A stretch of 64,000 bases of DNA from assembly GCA_049517335.1 (NCBI GenBank), contig JBEKSD010000006.1:1-64000 (forward strand), in the 5' to 3' direction. Of the stretch, positions 20,512 to 32,855 are shown one piece after another. The notes under the pieces were generated by a model, which ran no database searches, had not been told where the DNA came from, and saw nothing but the letters and a program-made list of their open reading frames with translations. A program made the position numbers and the translations under genes. How positions within the stretch are numbered: the first letter of the stretch is position 1; every line of letters starts with the position of its first letter. The stretch comes from Candidatus Omnitrophota bacterium. GTDB lineage: Bacteria > Omnitrophota > Gorgyraeia > Gygaellales > Profunditerraquicolaceae.

Positions 20512-21290
20512 GCCAGAATTTTTTAGTTGACCGTAATATCAGGGAAAAGATAGTAAACTCCTGCGGTTTACGAGCTGATGATATTGTTCTTGAAATAGGT
20601 GCAGGAAGAGGAGAATTAACGCGCCTAATCGCGGAGAAAGTAAAGTCGGTTTATACACTGGAGATAGACAAGAGACTCTATGTCAATTTGGCTTTAGAGT
20701 TCAAAGACCGCAGTAACATTAAATTCATCAACGCAGATATATTAAGATTCGATTTATCTAAGATAAAGATAGGAAACAGTAAGCTTAAAGTCATAGGGAA
20801 TATTCCATATTATATTTCAAGCCCCATAATTGAACACCTGTTTAAATATAAAAAAATAATAAGCGATATTTTCTTGACTGTCCAAAAAGAATTTGCCGAG
20901 AGAGCGAACTCTTTACCGGGCACGAAAAAATACGGGTCATTCAGCTGTTTCGTATGGTATTACAGCTGCCCGGAAATATTATTTAATATAAGTAAAAACT
21001 GTTTCCGACCCCAGCCGAAAGTAGACTCCGCATTTTTACATTTATCAATGAGGGAAGCTGTCCTTGTGAAGGCTGATGACGAAAATGCGTTATTTAAGAT
21101 TATAAGGGCGGCATTCAATAAGAGGAGAAAGACCTTAAGGAATAGCCTGGAGGGAGTAGTAGGGGAGAGTCCGCTTAATGAGTTTTTCACAAGGAAGAAG
21201 CTCGATAAAAATACGCGGCCGGAACAGCTTAGCCTTGAAGACTTTGTGGATATCTTGCATTTTCACAAAGAACCCCTGAACCGATGTTAA
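20484..21290 (+). CDS. rsmA: 16S rRNA m6,2A dimethyltransferase (KsgA)
   Basis: KKSLGQNFL, LEIGAG.G, GNIPYYI, PKVDS, RRKTLRN. Confidence 0.97.
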   Translation: MHIKPKKSLGQNFLVDRNIREKIVNSCGLRADDIVLEIGAGRGELTRLIAEKVKSVYTLEIDKRLYVNLALEFKDRSNIKFINADILRFDLSKIKIGNSKLKVIGNIPYYISSPIIEHLFKYKKIISDIFLTVQKEFAERANSLPGTKKYGSFSCFVWYYSCPEILFNISKNCFRPQPKVDSAFLHLSMREAVLVKADDENALFKIIRAAFNKRRKTLRNSLEGVVGESPLNEFFTRKKLDKNTRPEQLSLEDFVDILHFHKEPLNRC

Positions 21291-21330
21291 CCCTTTAGGT
21301 TAGACAGGTCGCTAAATCATTAAAAAGTAC

Positions 21331-21359
21331 TTGACAACTCTCGGTTTATAGTGTATATT
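21331..21359 (+). promoter_or_regulatory. sigma70 promoter of the tRNA / ribosomal protein cluster
   Basis: TTGACA-17 nt-TATATT. Confidence 0.8.
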
Positions 21360-21496
21360 TTTTCATCTATCTAATTCCCTAATAGATATATTATATTAAT
21401 AGTAGGTTAGAAAAGAATTCTTAATAAGAATTTTTTAATGGTGGATAGTTTTTTGTTCGCTAAACTTCGCTCTAATCGACGGAGCAGGCTCATATT

Positions 21497-21569
21497 GCTG
21501 GAGTAGCTCAGTTGGTAGAGCACGTCCTTGGTAAGGACGGGGTCACGGGCTCGATTCCCGTCTCCAGCT
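21497..21569 (+). tRNA. tRNA-Thr(GGT)
   Basis: Cloverleaf: acceptor GCTGGAG/CTCCAGC, D stem GCTC/GAGC, anticodon arm CGTCC-TTGGTAA-GGACG, T stem ACGGG/CCCGT; CCA not encoded. Confidence 0.96.
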
Positions 21570-21579
21570 TATAAAATTT

Positions 21580-21729
21580 ATGCGAGAAATAATTACTTTA
21601 GAGTGTACGGTTTGCAAGAATAGAAATTACACGACGACTAAAAATAAAAAGTTACATCAGGACAGGTTGGAAATGAGCAAGTTTTGCAGGTCCTGCCGTA
21701 AGCATTCCCCTCATAAGGAAATTAAGTAG
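21580..21729 (+). CDS. rpmG: 50S ribosomal protein L33 (Zn-ribbon type)
   Basis: Hand translation [49 protein letters not shown]; too short for the ORF track. Confidence 0.96.
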   Translation: MREIITLECTVCKNRNYTTTKNKKLHQDRLEMSKFCRSCRKHSPHKEIK

Positions 21730-21748
21730 TTAGCCGGAAAACTAAAAT

Positions 21749-21819
21749 AGGGGCGTCGGTTAATGGCAAACCAACGGTCTCCAAAACCGTGACTGCAGGT
21801 TCAAGTCCTGCCGCTCCTG
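21749..21819 (+). tRNA. tRNA-Trp(CCA)
   Basis: Acceptor AGGGGCG/CGCTCCT, D stem GGTT/AACC, anticodon arm ACGGT-CTCCAAA-ACCGT, T arm GCAGG-TTCAAGT-CCTGC; sits between rpmG and secE. Confidence 0.96.
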
Positions 21820-21829
21820 AAGAAAAAAA

Positions 21830-22021
21830 ATGAACCTAATAGCTAAACCCATAAATTTCATAAAAGAAGTGAAGGCGGAATTAGGTAAGGTAGCATGGTC
21901 CACAAGGCAGGAATTGATAAGTTCTACGGCAGTAGTAATAGTGACAACCGTAATCGTGGCAGTTTTTATCGGTATAATTGATCTTCTATTATCAAAATTC
22001 TTAAGCCTGTTATTTAAATGA
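21830..22021 (+). CDS. secE: Preprotein translocase subunit SecE
   Basis: EVKAELGKVAW motif plus one TM helix. Confidence 0.95.
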   Translation: MNLIAKPINFIKEVKAELGKVAWSTRQELISSTAVVIVTTVIVAVFIGIIDLLLSKFLSLLFK

Positions 22022-22548
22022 CGAAAAGCTGGTATGTTGTCCATACTCAAACCGGTTCTGAAGACAAAGTGAAAACTACCCTGGAGAACAGGATTGTTCA
22101 CGAGGGAATGGTTGACCTTATTTCCAAGGTGGTTATTCCTACCGAACAGGTTTCCGAAGTCCGCGCGGGAAAGAAAAAGATTTCCCAGAGGAAGTTTTTC
22201 CCCGGGTATCTTCTGGTTGAAATGGAGCTTAATGAGAAAAGCTATTTGTTTGTTAAAACCACCTCAGGCGTTACCGGATTCATCGGATTAGGCAAGAAGC
22301 CAATGCCCCTGCCCCAAAAAGAAGTAGACAATATCCTAAAGCGAACCGAAGAAACTGCGACAAAACCAAGTCCAAAAATCGTCTTTGAAAAAGGCGAACA
22401 AGTACGCGTTATTGAAGGTCCCTTCCTAAATTTTAACGGAACAATTGACGAAATACATCCTGAAAAAGGCAAAATAAAGGTCAGCGTTTCGATTTTCGGC
22501 CGCTCAACGCCGGTGGAATTAGAATACTGGCAGGTGGAGAAAGTATAA
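22018..22548 (+). CDS. nusG: Transcription termination/antitermination factor NusG
   Basis: [28 protein letters not shown]. Confidence 0.98.
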   Translation: MTKSWYVVHTQTGSEDKVKTTLENRIVHEGMVDLISKVVIPTEQVSEVRAGKKKISQRKFFPGYLLVEMELNEKSYLFVKTTSGVTGFIGLGKKPMPLPQKEVDNILKRTEETATKPSPKIVFEKGEQVRVIEGPFLNFNGTIDEIHPEKGKIKVSVSIFGRSTPVELEYWQVEKV

Positions 22549-22973
22549 TGGCAAAGAAAATTACCGCCCAGATTAAACTGCATGTGCCGGGAGCCCAGGC
22601 AAACCCCGCGCCTCCGGTCGGCCCGGCTTTAGGCCAGCACGGCGTGAATATTATGATGTTCTGCAAGCAATTCAACGAGCAAACAAAGGGCAAAGACGGC
22701 CTAGTACTGCCGGTGGTCATTAGCGTTTATGAAGACCGGTCTTTTTCATTTATCATCAAGAGCCCGCCGTCTTCGGTATTATTAAAGCGTGCGGCTAATC
22801 TTGCTAAAGCCTCAGGTATAAGCGGCAAGGAAATAATCGGCAAGGTCACAAAGAAACAAATTGAAGAAATTGCCAAACAAAAGATGCAGGACTTAAATAC
22901 TTCGGATTTGGCAGAAGCGGTTAAAACCATTACAGGCACGGCCCGTAGCATGGGCATAGCGGTGGAAGGTTAA
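22548..22973 (+). CDS. rplK: 50S ribosomal protein L11
   Basis: [22 protein letters not shown]. Confidence 0.99.
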   Translation: MAKKITAQIKLHVPGAQANPAPPVGPALGQHGVNIMMFCKQFNEQTKGKDGLVLPVVISVYEDRSFSFIIKSPPSSVLLKRAANLAKASGISGKEIIGKVTKKQIEEIAKQKMQDLNTSDLAEAVKTITGTARSMGIAVEG

Positions 22974-22978
22974 GGATT

Positions 22979-23662
22979 ATGAAAATTCGTAGTAAAAGAT
23001 ATAAAGAGTCGGTTAAGAATCTAGAGGAAGCGGAGAAAGTTTACCCGCTTAAAGAAGCCATCGCTGTCATCAAAAAAATGTCTCCCGCTAAATTTGACGG
23101 CTCGGTTGATCTGCATTTTAACTTAAATGTAGACAGTAAGAAGTCGGACCAGATGGTTCGCGGGACAGTTGCCTTGCCGCATGGGACCGGTAAAAAGGTG
23201 AGGGTCGCGGTGTTCTGCCGGGGAGAACATGAAAAAGAGGCGAAAGAGGCTCAGGCAGATTACGTGGGGGCAAACGAATTAATAGATAAAGTTGCCGCGG
23301 GTTTTCTTGATTTTGATTGCGCTATCGCCACCCCCGACATGATGAAGGATTTAAGCAAATTGGGAAAAGTTTTAGGTCCCCGCGGGCTTATGCCGAGCCC
23401 CAAGACAGGTACGGTCACAAACGATATTGCCAAAGCAATAGAGGATGTGAAAAAAGGTAAAGTTGAATTCCGCGTAGATAAGCAGGGAGGGATTCATCTT
23501 TCCGTGGGCAAGCTTTCTTTTGACAAAGGCAAGCTTTATGATAATGCCTCGCGGGTGATTGAAGCCATAAATGAGGCCAAGCCGACATCCGTAAAGGGAA
23601 AATTTGTACGTAGTTTATCAATCTGCGGTTCAATGAACCCCGGATTAAGGCTGGTTATATAA
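22979..23662 (+). CDS. rplA: 50S ribosomal protein L1
   Basis: VRGTVALPHGTG, LGPRGLMPSPK. Confidence 0.99.
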   Translation: MKIRSKRYKESVKNLEEAEKVYPLKEAIAVIKKMSPAKFDGSVDLHFNLNVDSKKSDQMVRGTVALPHGTGKKVRVAVFCRGEHEKEAKEAQADYVGANELIDKVAAGFLDFDCAIATPDMMKDLSKLGKVLGPRGLMPSPKTGTVTNDIAKAIEDVKKGKVEFRVDKQGGIHLSVGKLSFDKGKLYDNASRVIEAINEAKPTSVKGKFVRSLSICGSMNPGLRLVI

Positions 23663-23663
23663 G

Positions 23664-24185
23664 ATGAAAAAACTTGGATTAATATTTAAGGAAGTTTCTG
23701 AAAGCCGCATTAAGGATACCTTAAAAAAATCAAACGCCCTTTTTGTAGTGAAGTATTCCGGCGTAAACAGTCCCGACTTGAGCTCCTTAAGGCAATCCCT
23801 TAAGACCTCCGACGCCCGTTTTTTTGTCGTAAAAAACAGCGTGGCTAGGAGAGCGCTGAAAAGTTCAGGCCTTGAGGCGATGATTAAGAGCATTGAAGGC
23901 CCCTGCGGTTTAATTTTTATTAAAGAGGAGCCTGTAGGCGCATCAAAGGTATTATGTAATTTCATCAAGGATCATGAGAAACTGAAAGTTGAGGGCGGAT
24001 ATTTACAGGACAGGATTTTAGAGAAGAAGGATATTGAAGCCATGTCCAAGCTGCCTTCAAAAGAAACCTTAAGAGGACAAGTAGTCATGGTTTTGAATTC
24101 TCCGATAGCAGGAATAGTTACTACGTTAAACCAGCTATTGGTTAAGTTCGTTATATGTTTGGACCAGATTAAACAAAAAAAGTAA
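23664..24185 (+). CDS. rplJ: 50S ribosomal protein L10
   Basis: VVKNS, GP, KLPSKE motifs; position in the operon. Confidence 0.95.
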   Translation: MKKLGLIFKEVSESRIKDTLKKSNALFVVKYSGVNSPDLSSLRQSLKTSDARFFVVKNSVARRALKSSGLEAMIKSIEGPCGLIFIKEEPVGASKVLCNFIKDHEKLKVEGGYLQDRILEKKDIEAMSKLPSKETLRGQVVMVLNSPIAGIVTTLNQLLVKFVICLDQIKQKK

Positions 24186-24204
24186 ATTAAAAGGAGGAAG
24201 TAAA

Positions 24205-24588
24205 ATGGCACAGAACTTAGAAGATATGATTAAGTCAATCGAGAGCATGACGGTATTAGAGCTTTCTGATTTAGTGAAAGCACTCGAAGAGAAGTTTGGT
24301 GTTAAGGCGAATATGCCGATGATGGCTGCTCCCGTAGCCGGCGGCGCAGTAGGTGGTGCTCCCGCAGCTGAGGAGAAAAGCACTTTTTCAGTAGTATTGA
24401 CAAGCGCCGGCACCAATAAGATAGCTGTAATTAAAGAAGTTCGGACTATGACTAGCCTCGGCTTAAAAGAAGCCAAGGATTTGGTGGAGGGTGCGCCTAA
24501 AGCAGTTAAGGAGGGCGTTGCCAAGGAAGAAGCCGAAGATATGAAGAAAAAGCTTGAAGCAGTAGGCGCTACTGTTGAATTGAAATAA
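24205..24588 (+). CDS. rplL: 50S ribosomal protein L7/L12
   Basis: LEEKFGV, Ala/Gly hinge, [16 protein letters not shown]. Confidence 0.98.
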   Translation: MAQNLEDMIKSIESMTVLELSDLVKALEEKFGVKANMPMMAAPVAGGAVGGAPAAEEKSTFSVVLTSAGTNKIAVIKEVRTMTSLGLKEAKDLVEGAPKAVKEGVAKEEAEDMKKKLEAVGATVELK

Positions 24589-24594
24589 ATCCAC

Positions 24595-27500
24595 ATGATA
24601 AAGAGAAAAAGTTTCGGTAAGTTAAAAGAGGTCTATGACCTCCCTAACCTTCTGGATGTGCAGTTGGAAGCGTATCACGAATTCCTGCAGATGGATATTC
24701 CCTCTGCGCAAAAAGAACGCATAGGCTTGCAGGAAGTTTTTGAGGAGATCTTTCCCATTGAGAGCCTGAATCGTTCTATTAAACTTGAATTTATCAGTTA
24801 TTCACTAGGAAAGCCAAAATATACCATTTCTGAGTCTAAAAGGCGGGCCTTAAGTTATGCCGCGCCCTTAAAAGCTAAATTCCGTCTGACTACGCCGAAA
24901 GAGACAAAAGAACAGGACGCGTATTTCGGCGAGATACCCCTTATGACTGAAACCGGCACCTTTATTATTAATGGCGACGAACGCGTGGTGGTCAGCCAGC
25001 TACAGCGCTCACCGGGCGTATCTTTTGAGGAAGAAGACCATCCTACAGGAAAAAAGATATTTTACGGCCGGATCATCCCTTACCGCGGGGCTTGGCTTGA
25101 ATTTAAATATGACCTTACCGATACGGTACTCGCCTATGTTGACAGGCGCAGGAATTTTCCCGCAACCCAGATTTTAAGGATTCTCGGTTTTTCTACTGAC
25201 GCCGAAATCATCTCTGCCTTCGGCAAAGAGTATCCAGAGATTACAAATACCTTAAATAAGGATTATACCAAGAATAAAGAAGAAGCTTATCTTGATTTCT
25301 ACCGTAAGATGCGCCCGACTGAGCCGGTGACAAAGGAAGCGGCTGAAGGATTATTTTATAGATTATTTTTTGATCCTGCCAGATATGATTTAGAAAGAGC
25401 AGGCCGTTTTATCTTAAATAGAAAATTAGGTATGGATGTTTCTCTTGAAAAGAGGATTTTAGATTCCGATACCGTAATAAAAGTCATTGAATATCTGATC
25501 AGGCTTAAAGAAGGGGTGGGAAAAATAGATGACATTGACCATCTCGGTAACCGCCGCATTAAGACAGTCGGTGAGCTGGTTCAGAATCAGGTAAGAATCG
25601 GCTTAAGCCGCGTTGAACGTTCAATCAGGGAGAGGTTAAGCATATTGGGCGAGTTTGATAATCTTAATGTGCATTACCTGATTAACTCCAAGTTATTATC
25701 CAATCAAATCCGCGATTTCTTCGGCCGTTCCCAGCTTTCCCAGTTTATGGATCAGGTAAACCCGTTAGCTGAGATGACCCACAAGAGAAGGTTAAGCGCC
25801 CTCGGGCCCGGCGGCCTTTCCCGTGAACGCGCAGGTTTTGAAGTAAGAGATATCCATCCGTCGCATTACGGCCGCGTTTGTCCCATTGAAACGCCTGAAG
25901 GTCCGAATATCGGCTTGATTGCTTCTTTGAGTTGTTATGCCCGGGTCAACAAGTTAGGATTATTAGAAACACCCTACCGTAAGGTTGAAGACGGAAAGGT
26001 TACCCGTAAGATTGAATACCTCACTGCAGACATAGAAGAAGATAAAGTCATTGCGCAGGCAAACGTACCAATAGATTCAGAAGGTTATTTCATTGATAAA
26101 GAAGTCTCCTGCCGGTATAAAGATGATTTTCCCAAAGTTCCTGCCAAACAGGTTCAGTATATGGATGTTTCTCCTAAGCAACTGGTTTCTGTCGCCGCGT
26201 CCCTTATCCCTTTCTTAGAGCATGACGACGCCAACCGCGCTTTAATGGGTTCAAACATGCAGCGTCAGGGTGTTCCTTTAATGATAACCGAGACTCCTCT
26301 TGTGGGAACCCAGATGGAAGAGAAAGTTGCACGGGATTCCGGCACCGTGGTAATTGCCCAGGAATCGGGTAAGGTCACCAATGTGGATGCTTCCTCCATC
26401 ACCGTAGGAAAAAAGATATACCATTTAATGAAATTTCTGCGCACCAATGCCGATACCTGCTTGAACCAGAGGCCGCTGGTAAAATTGGGCGAGCACGTTG
26501 AGAAAGACCAGATCATTGCCGACGGTATCAGCACTAAGGGAGGGGAACTCGCTTTAGGCAAGAACGTTTTAGTCGCATTGATGCCGTGGAGAGGCTATAA
26601 TTTTGAGGACGCGATTCTAATCAGCGAGAAATTGGTTAAAGACGATACTTTCACTTCCATCCACATAGAAGAATTTGAGACTGAAGCAACTGAAACGCGT
26701 TTGGGCAACGAAGAGATTACCCGCGATATTCCCAATGTCAGCGAGGAAGCTTTAAGGAATTTAGAAGATACCGGTATAATCAGTATCGGCTCGGAAGTAG
26801 GCTCCGGAGACATATTGGTGGGCAAAATCACTCCCAAGACCGATTCGGAACCGACGCCGGAAGAAAGATTATTGCGCGCAATATTCGGCGAGAAGGCCGG
26901 AGACGTGCGGGACACCTCCCTGATTGTTCCTCCGGGAGTTGAAGGCGTGGTTGTAGACGTGCATGTTTTTGCGCGTAAAGACCGCGGCAGGAAATCTAAG
27001 GAAGAGAAAACCAAGGAACTCTCAAAGATAAGGGAGTTAAAAGCGTATTATAAACAGGAAATTGAGTTTGTGCAGACGGAAAAGACCGCGCGTTTAGCGC
27101 AGGTATTGGGCATTGATAAAAAGAAAGTTGAGAAATACGATTACAGAGAGAATGAAGAAGCCAAGATTTTAGCGGCTTCTTTTGATGAGCAGATTCAGGA
27201 ATTAATTGCCGAGGAAGAGCAGGAGATTGAGAAGGTAAGGCGCGGCGATGAGCTGCCTGCGGGAGTATTAAAAAGAGTCGTGGTTTACATTGCTACCAAG
27301 CGCAGGCTTGCCGAAGGCGATAAGTTAGCCGGAAGACACGGAAATAAGGGCGTGGTCGCCCGTATCGTTCCCGAGCAGGATATGCCGTATCTGCCTGATG
27401 GGACACCGGTTGAAGTTGTATTGAACCCGCTGGGTGTACCTTCCCGTATGAACGTGGGGCAAATTCTTGAGTGTCATCTTGGCTGGGCTGTAAAGGCTTT

Positions 27501-27999
27501 AGGCCTGTCTGTAGGCTGTCCCGTATTTGACGGCGCAACCGAAACTGAAATTAAAGATATGTTAAAGAAGGCCAACCTGCCTGAAGACGGCAAGATTACT
27601 TTGTATGACGGGCACACAGGAGAGCCTTTTGACCACAAGATTACTGTCGGCTATATGTATATTATGAAGCTTATCCATCTGGTGGATGAAAAAATCCATG
27701 CCCGTTCAATAGGGCCTTATTCTCTGGTTACTCAGCAGCCGTTAGGAGGAAAAGCGCAGTTCGGCGGGCAAAGACTCGGCGAAATGGAAGTCTGGGCTTT
27801 GGAAGCCTACGGCGCAGCTTTTACCTTACAGGAAATGCTCACCGTTAAAAGCGACGATGTTTCCGGAAGGACAAGGATATACGAAGCAATAGTTAAGGGT
27901 GAGCAGCGGCTTTCCCACGGAACACCCGAATCATTCAACGTGTTAATTAAAGAACTTCAGGGCTTAGGCCTTGATATCAAGACAGAAAAGGCAAAATAA
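24595..27999 (+). CDS. rpoB: RNA polymerase beta subunit
   Basis: [41 protein letters not shown]. Confidence 0.99.
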   Translation: MIKRKSFGKLKEVYDLPNLLDVQLEAYHEFLQMDIPSAQKERIGLQEVFEEIFPIESLNRSIKLEFISYSLGKPKYTISESKRRALSYAAPLKAKFRLTTPKETKEQDAYFGEIPLMTETGTFIINGDERVVVSQLQRSPGVSFEEEDHPTGKKIFYGRIIPYRGAWLEFKYDLTDTVLAYVDRRRNFPATQILRILGFSTDAEIISAFGKEYPEITNTLNKDYTKNKEEAYLDFYRKMRPTEPVTKEAAEGLFYRLFFDPARYDLERAGRFILNRKLGMDVSLEKRILDSDTVIKVIEYLIRLKEGVGKIDDIDHLGNRRIKTVGELVQNQVRIGLSRVERSIRERLSILGEFDNLNVHYLINSKLLSNQIRDFFGRSQLSQFMDQVNPLAEMTHKRRLSALGPGGLSRERAGFEVRDIHPSHYGRVCPIETPEGPNIGLIASLSCYARVNKLGLLETPYRKVEDGKVTRKIEYLTADIEEDKVIAQANVPIDSEGYFIDKEVSCRYKDDFPKVPAKQVQYMDVSPKQLVSVAASLIPFLEHDDANRALMGSNMQRQGVPLMITETPLVGTQMEEKVARDSGTVVIAQESGKVTNVDASSITVGKKIYHLMKFLRTNADTCLNQRPLVKLGEHVEKDQIIADGISTKGGELALGKNVLVALMPWRGYNFEDAILISEKLVKDDTFTSIHIEEFETEATETRLGNEEITRDIPNVSEEALRNLEDTGIISIGSEVGSGDILVGKITPKTDSEPTPEERLLRAIFGEKAGDVRDTSLIVPPGVEGVVVDVHVFARKDRGRKSKEEKTKELSKIRELKAYYKQEIEFVQTEKTARLAQVLGIDKKKVEKYDYRENEEAKILAASFDEQIQELIAEEEQEIEKVRRGDELPAGVLKRVVVYIATKRRLAEGDKLAGRHGNKGVVARIVPEQDMPYLPDGTPVEVVLNPLGVPSRMNVGQILECHLGWAVKALGLSVGCPVFDGATETEIKDMLKKANLPEDGKITLYDGHTGEPFDHKITVGYMYIMKLIHLVDEKIHARSIGPYSLVTQQPLGGKAQFGGQRLGEMEVWALEAYGAAFTLQEMLTVKSDDVSGRTRIYEAIVKGEQRLSHGTPESFNVLIKELQGLGLDIKTEKAK

Positions 28000-30900
28000 T
28001 GGAAGAAGTCCTCTCATTCGATAATATTTCAATAAAGATAGCTTCCCCTCAGGTAATCAAATCATGGTCAAAGGGCGAAGTCAGGAAAGCTGAGACCATC
28101 AATTACCGCACCTTAAAGCCGGAAAAGGACGGACTTTTCTGCGAAAAGATATTCGGCCCGGTCAGGGACTGGGAATGTAACTGCGGTAAATATAAAGGAA
28201 TAAAATTCAAAGGTATAACCTGTGACCGCTGCGGGGTCACTGTGGATCGTTCGTCGGTAAGGCGCGAGCGCATGGGCCATATAGAACTGGCGACCCCGGT
28301 CACGCACATCTGGTTTTTTAAAGCTGTCCCTTCGCGCATGTCCGCGCTGCTGGATATCGGCTTAAGAGACCTTGAGAAAATAATTTATTATGAAGAGTAT
28401 GTAGTGGTTGACCCCGGCACGACCCCGATGAAGAAAAGAGAGCTCTTAAGCGAAGAGAAATACCAGGAGGCGCTTGAGAAATACGGGGCTAATTTTAAGG
28501 CTAAAATCGGAGCGGAAGCAATAAGGGACCTTTTAAAGGAGCTTGATTTGGATGCGCAGTGCCGTAAACTGCGCCGCGACCTTGAGAAATCAAAAGACGC
28601 ATTAAATAACCGCAAAGTTTTAAAGTATTTAAAGATTGTTGAAGATTTTAAAAAATCAGGGAATAAACCGGATTGGATGGTCATGGAAATCCTTCCCGTA
28701 ATTCCTCCTGATTTACGGCCTTTGGTCCCGCTTGACGGAGGCAGGTTCGCTACTTCTGACTTAAACGACCTTTACCGCAGGGTGATTAACCGTAACGCCC
28801 GCCTCAGGAAGTTAATGGATTTAAGCGCGCCGGAAATTATCATCCGTAACGAAAAACGTATGCTTCAGGAAGCCGTGGATGCGCTGCTTGATAACGGCAG
28901 GCACGGTAAACCGGTAATCGGTGCCAATAACCGGCCGTTGAAATCCCTTTCCGATATGTTAAAAGGAAAACAGGGCCGGTTCAGGCAGAATCTCCTCGGA
29001 AAACGCGTTGATTACTCCGGTCGTTCGGTCATCGTTGTCGGCCCCGAATTAAAACTTCATGAATGCGGCCTGCCAAAGCAGATGGCTTTGGAATTATTTG
29101 AGCCGTTCATTATCAAAAAACTCAGAGAAAAAGGTTTTGTGCACACCATCAAGGGCGCGCGCAGGATGGTTGAGCGAGGGAAAATTGAAGTTTGGGATAT
29201 CCTTGATGAAGTAATCAAAGACCATCCGGTATTGTTAAACCGCGCACCCACACTTCACCGTTTGGGTATTCAGGCGTTTCAGCCCCTGCTCATTGAAGGT
29301 AAATCCATTAAAATACATCCTTTAGTCTGTACCGCATTTAACGCCGACTTTGACGGAGACCAGATGGCGGTGCACGTTCCGCTGTCTTTGGAATCCCAGC
29401 TTGAAGCAAAACTTTTGATGCTCTCCATTAATAATATATTTTCTCCTGCGGACGGCCGGCCTATACTTTCACCCACACAGGATATCATCTTAGGCGTCCA
29501 TTATATTACCAAAGAAAAGCAGGGCGCAAAAGGGTCGGGGAGGATGTTTTCCTCAAGCGATGAGGTAATTATCGCGTATGACGACAAGAACGTTGATTTA
29601 CACGCCAGCATTAAATTAAGGGTTAATAATGTTTTTGATTTTGATGAAAAAAAATTCATAGAAGGCAAACAGATAATCACGACTACCGTGGGAAGGGTGA
29701 TTTTCAATCAGGTATTGCCTCCTGAATTCGGTTTTGTCGATAAGGAACTGAACAAAAGCAGGGTGAGCGAAATTGTGATTAACTGTTATAAAAGATTCGG
29801 CCACGCCACGTGCGTGAAGCTGCTTGATGATATCAAAAAAATAGGATTTGAAAATGCTACTTTAGGCGGGATTTCCATAGGTATTGATGACCTGCGGATT
29901 CCAACCGAAAAGGGCGAAGTTTTAAAGGAATCAAAAGCAGAAGTTGCCAAGGTTGACGAGCAGTACCGCCGAGGCATCATTACGGACAGCGAGCGTAAAT
30001 CCAAGGTAATTGATATCTGGACGCACGCAACCGATAAGATTTCCGACCTGCTCTTTAAGAGTATGGAAGTATTCAACCCCATATTTATGATGGCTGATTC
30101 GGGCGCGCGCGGTTCGCGCCTTCAGATAAGGCAGTTGGCCGGTATGCGCGGCCTTATGGCAAAGCCTTCGGGAGAAATCATTGAGAGCCCGATTACCGCG
30201 AATTTCAGGGAAGGTCTGAATGTTTTGGAATATTTTATATCAACCCACGGCGCGCGTAAGGGCCTTGCGGATACCGCGCTTAAGACCGCGGATGCAGGTT
30301 ACTTAACCCGCAGGCTTGTTGACGTGGCCCAGGAAGTAATCATCTGCGAAGACGACTGCGGCACCTTAAACGGGATTACCGTCTCGGCCATCGTTGAAGG
30401 CGATGAAGAAGTGGTCAGTCTTAAAGACCGTATTGTCGGAAGGGTAGCTCTGGATAACATCGTTGATATTATTACCGACGAAGTGGTTGTTGAGCAGGGT
30501 TCTGAAATCAGTGAAGAGAAAGCGGATATGATTGAGAAGCTGGGGATAGAAAAGATAAGGATACGCAGCGTCTTAACATGCGAATCCGGTAAAGGAGCAT
30601 GCACCAAGTGTTACGGCCGTAACCTTGCGACGGGACGCCTTGTTGAGTTAGGCGAAGCAGTCGGCGTAATTGCGGCGCAGAGCATAGGCGAGCCGGGAAC
30701 CCAGCTAACTATGAGGACTTTCCATATCGGCGGTACCGCTTCCCGTACAGTAGAGCAGTCGGTAATTAAAGCCAAGAATAAAGGTAATGTAAAATACCAT
30801 AACCTGAGGGTCACCGAAAAAAATAAAGAATTTGTCGTTTTAAACAGGAACGGCTCAATCAGCATTAACGATAAGCAGGGAAGAGAATTGGAACGTTATA

Positions 30901-32012
30901 CCCTGCTTCAGGGAGCTTTTATTAATATCGCAGACGGCGAAGAAGTAAATAAGGGAGTAGTTTTTGTCAGATGGGATCCCTATACCCTGCCGGTTTTGAC
31001 CGAAGTCGGGGGAATTGTGAAATATGAAGATTTAAAAGAAAATCTGACCGTGCGCGAAGAGCTGAACCCGGTTACTAAACTTACCGAGCGCGTTGTCGTA
31101 GAGCATAAGATAGATTATCATCCTCAGATTATTATTCTGGATGAAGCAAAGGAAGTATCAGGGATTTATCCCATTCCGGTGGGCGCGCATATTCTGGTAA
31201 AAGACGGGCAAAAGGTGGGCGCAGGCGACCTTCTAGCGAAGATTCCCCGTTCAGTAGTCAAGACCAGAGATATCACCGGAGGCCTTCCCCGAGTTGCCGA
31301 GTTGTTTGAAGCGCGTAGGCCCAAGGACCCGGCGATTATCAGCGAAATTGACGGTTTTGTAGAATTCGGGGAAACCAAAAAAGGCCAAAGGGTGATTATC
31401 GTAAGGTCTACTACCGGCATGTCCAGAGAATATGTCATACCTCACGGCAAACACCCCAACGTTTATAAAGGAGATAAGGTTAGCTCAGGCCAGCAGTTGA
31501 CCGACGGCCCGGTAGTCTTGCAGGATATTCTGAGGGTTTGCGGCGATAAGGTGCTTCAGGAATACCTTGTCAATGAAGTTCAGGAAGTTTACCGGTTGCA
31601 GGGCGTACGCATCAACGATAAGCACATCGAAGTCATTATCAGGCAGATGTTAAAGAAGGTAAGGATAGAGGATCCGGGAGATACGGAGTTTCTGGGTACT
31701 CAGCAGGTGGATAAATGGAAATTCCAGAGTGAAAACGCGCGCGTAATCAAAAAAGGCGGAAAGCCCGCGCAGGCAACTCCTTTATTGTTGGGTATTACAA
31801 AAGCCTCCCTTACTACGGAGAGTTTTATCTCCGCGGCAAGTTTTCAGGAAACAACCCGGGTTTTAACCGAAGCTGCGACAAGCGGAAAACACGATGAGTT
31901 ATCAGGCTTAAAGGAGAACGTTATAGTCGGGCATCTGATCCCCGCTGGGACCGGTTTCCGTGATCACAGGGACATTGAAGTTGTCAAAGTAACCAAAGAG
32001 GAAAAGGAATAA
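27999..32012 (+). CDS. rpoC: RNA polymerase beta' subunit
   Basis: Zn finger [29 protein letters not shown]. Confidence 0.99.
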   Translation: MEEVLSFDNISIKIASPQVIKSWSKGEVRKAETINYRTLKPEKDGLFCEKIFGPVRDWECNCGKYKGIKFKGITCDRCGVTVDRSSVRRERMGHIELATPVTHIWFFKAVPSRMSALLDIGLRDLEKIIYYEEYVVVDPGTTPMKKRELLSEEKYQEALEKYGANFKAKIGAEAIRDLLKELDLDAQCRKLRRDLEKSKDALNNRKVLKYLKIVEDFKKSGNKPDWMVMEILPVIPPDLRPLVPLDGGRFATSDLNDLYRRVINRNARLRKLMDLSAPEIIIRNEKRMLQEAVDALLDNGRHGKPVIGANNRPLKSLSDMLKGKQGRFRQNLLGKRVDYSGRSVIVVGPELKLHECGLPKQMALELFEPFIIKKLREKGFVHTIKGARRMVERGKIEVWDILDEVIKDHPVLLNRAPTLHRLGIQAFQPLLIEGKSIKIHPLVCTAFNADFDGDQMAVHVPLSLESQLEAKLLMLSINNIFSPADGRPILSPTQDIILGVHYITKEKQGAKGSGRMFSSSDEVIIAYDDKNVDLHASIKLRVNNVFDFDEKKFIEGKQIITTTVGRVIFNQVLPPEFGFVDKELNKSRVSEIVINCYKRFGHATCVKLLDDIKKIGFENATLGGISIGIDDLRIPTEKGEVLKESKAEVAKVDEQYRRGIITDSERKSKVIDIWTHATDKISDLLFKSMEVFNPIFMMADSGARGSRLQIRQLAGMRGLMAKPSGEIIESPITANFREGLNVLEYFISTHGARKGLADTALKTADAGYLTRRLVDVAQEVIICEDDCGTLNGITVSAIVEGDEEVVSLKDRIVGRVALDNIVDIITDEVVVEQGSEISEEKADMIEKLGIEKIRIRSVLTCESGKGACTKCYGRNLATGRLVELGEAVGVIAAQSIGEPGTQLTMRTFHIGGTASRTVEQSVIKAKNKGNVKYHNLRVTEKNKEFVVLNRNGSISINDKQGRELERYTLLQGAFINIADGEEVNKGVVFVRWDPYTLPVLTEVGGIVKYEDLKENLTVREELNPVTKLTERVVVEHKIDYHPQIIILDEAKEVSGIYPIPVGAHILVKDGQKVGAGDLLAKIPRSVVKTRDITGGLPRVAELFEARRPKDPAIISEIDGFVEFGETKKGQRVIIVRSTTGMSREYVIPHGKHPNVYKGDKVSSGQQLTDGPVVLQDILRVCGDKVLQEYLVNEVQEVYRLQGVRINDKHIEVIIRQMLKKVRIEDPGDTEFLGTQQVDKWKFQSENARVIKKGGKPAQATPLLLGITKASLTTESFISAASFQETTRVLTEAATSGKHDELSGLKENVIVGHLIPAGTGFRDHRDIEVVKVTKEEKE

Positions 32013-32015
32013 ATT

Positions 32016-32387
32016 ATGCCAACGATTCCACAATTAATCAGGTTTGGTAGGATATCCAAAAGGAAAAGGTCAAAGTCACCTGCTTTAAAAGCTTCTCCCC
32101 AGCGCAGGGGCGTATGCCTTCAGGTGCGCACCATGACGCCGAAGAAACCCAACTCCGCCTTGCGTAAGATTGCCAGGGTCAGGCTTACAACCGGAATTGA
32201 GGTTACTGCGTACATACCCGGAGAAGGGCATAATCTTCAGGAGCACTCAATTGTTTTGGTCAGGGGCGGGCGCGTAAAGGACCTGCCCGGAGTCAGGTAT
32301 CATATTGTCAGGGGGACGCTGGATGCGGGAGGAGTTAATCAGCGTAAGAAATCCCGCTCTAAATACGGAGCAAAGAGAGCCAAATGA
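32016..32387 (+). CDS. rpsL: 30S ribosomal protein S12
   Basis: [20 protein letters not shown]. Confidence 0.99.
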   Translation: MPTIPQLIRFGRISKRKRSKSPALKASPQRRGVCLQVRTMTPKKPNSALRKIARVRLTTGIEVTAYIPGEGHNLQEHSIVLVRGGRVKDLPGVRYHIVRGTLDAGGVNQRKKSRSKYGAKRAK

Positions 32388-32854
32388 GACGAAGAAAAGC
32401 GCAGCAAAAAATAGTTTTACCCGATCCGAAATTTAACAGTGCGATAGTGGCTAAGTTTATTAACATGGTCATGCTTGAAGGAAAGAAATCGCTGGCCGAA
32501 AAGATGGTTTACGGCGCATTTGAAATTGTTAAAGTTCAGCTTAATGAACAGGATATAATTAAGGTTTTCAATAAAGCTTTGGATAATGCGCGGCCGCGCT
32601 TGGAAGTAAAACCGCGCCGGGTGGGTGGTGCTACTTATCAGGTACCTATCGAAGTAAGGCAGGAGCGTGGGACGTCAATCGCGCTGCGCTGGATAAGGGA
32701 TTTTGCCAAATCCAAAAAAGGCAGGCCTATGAAAGAAAGTCTTGCTGAAGAAATTATTGCCGCTTATAAGGGCGAAGGTTCGGCTATAAAGAAGCGCGAC
32801 GACACACATAAGATGGCAGAGAGCAATAAGGCATATGCTCACTTTAGGTGGTAG
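32384..32854 (+). CDS. rpsG: 30S ribosomal protein S7
   Basis: [24 protein letters not shown]. Confidence 0.99.
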   Translation: MRRRKAQQKIVLPDPKFNSAIVAKFINMVMLEGKKSLAEKMVYGAFEIVKVQLNEQDIIKVFNKALDNARPRLEVKPRRVGGATYQVPIEVRQERGTSIALRWIRDFAKSKKGRPMKESLAEEIIAAYKGEGSAIKKRDDTHKMAESNKAYAHFRW

Positions 32855-32855
32855 C

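Noticed and set aside
25700-25830. RpoB FFGRSQ as a rifampicin-resistance allele
   Set aside because: The key Rif-pocket residues (Q, D, H, S) are wild type; FFGRSQ looks like a lineage variant.
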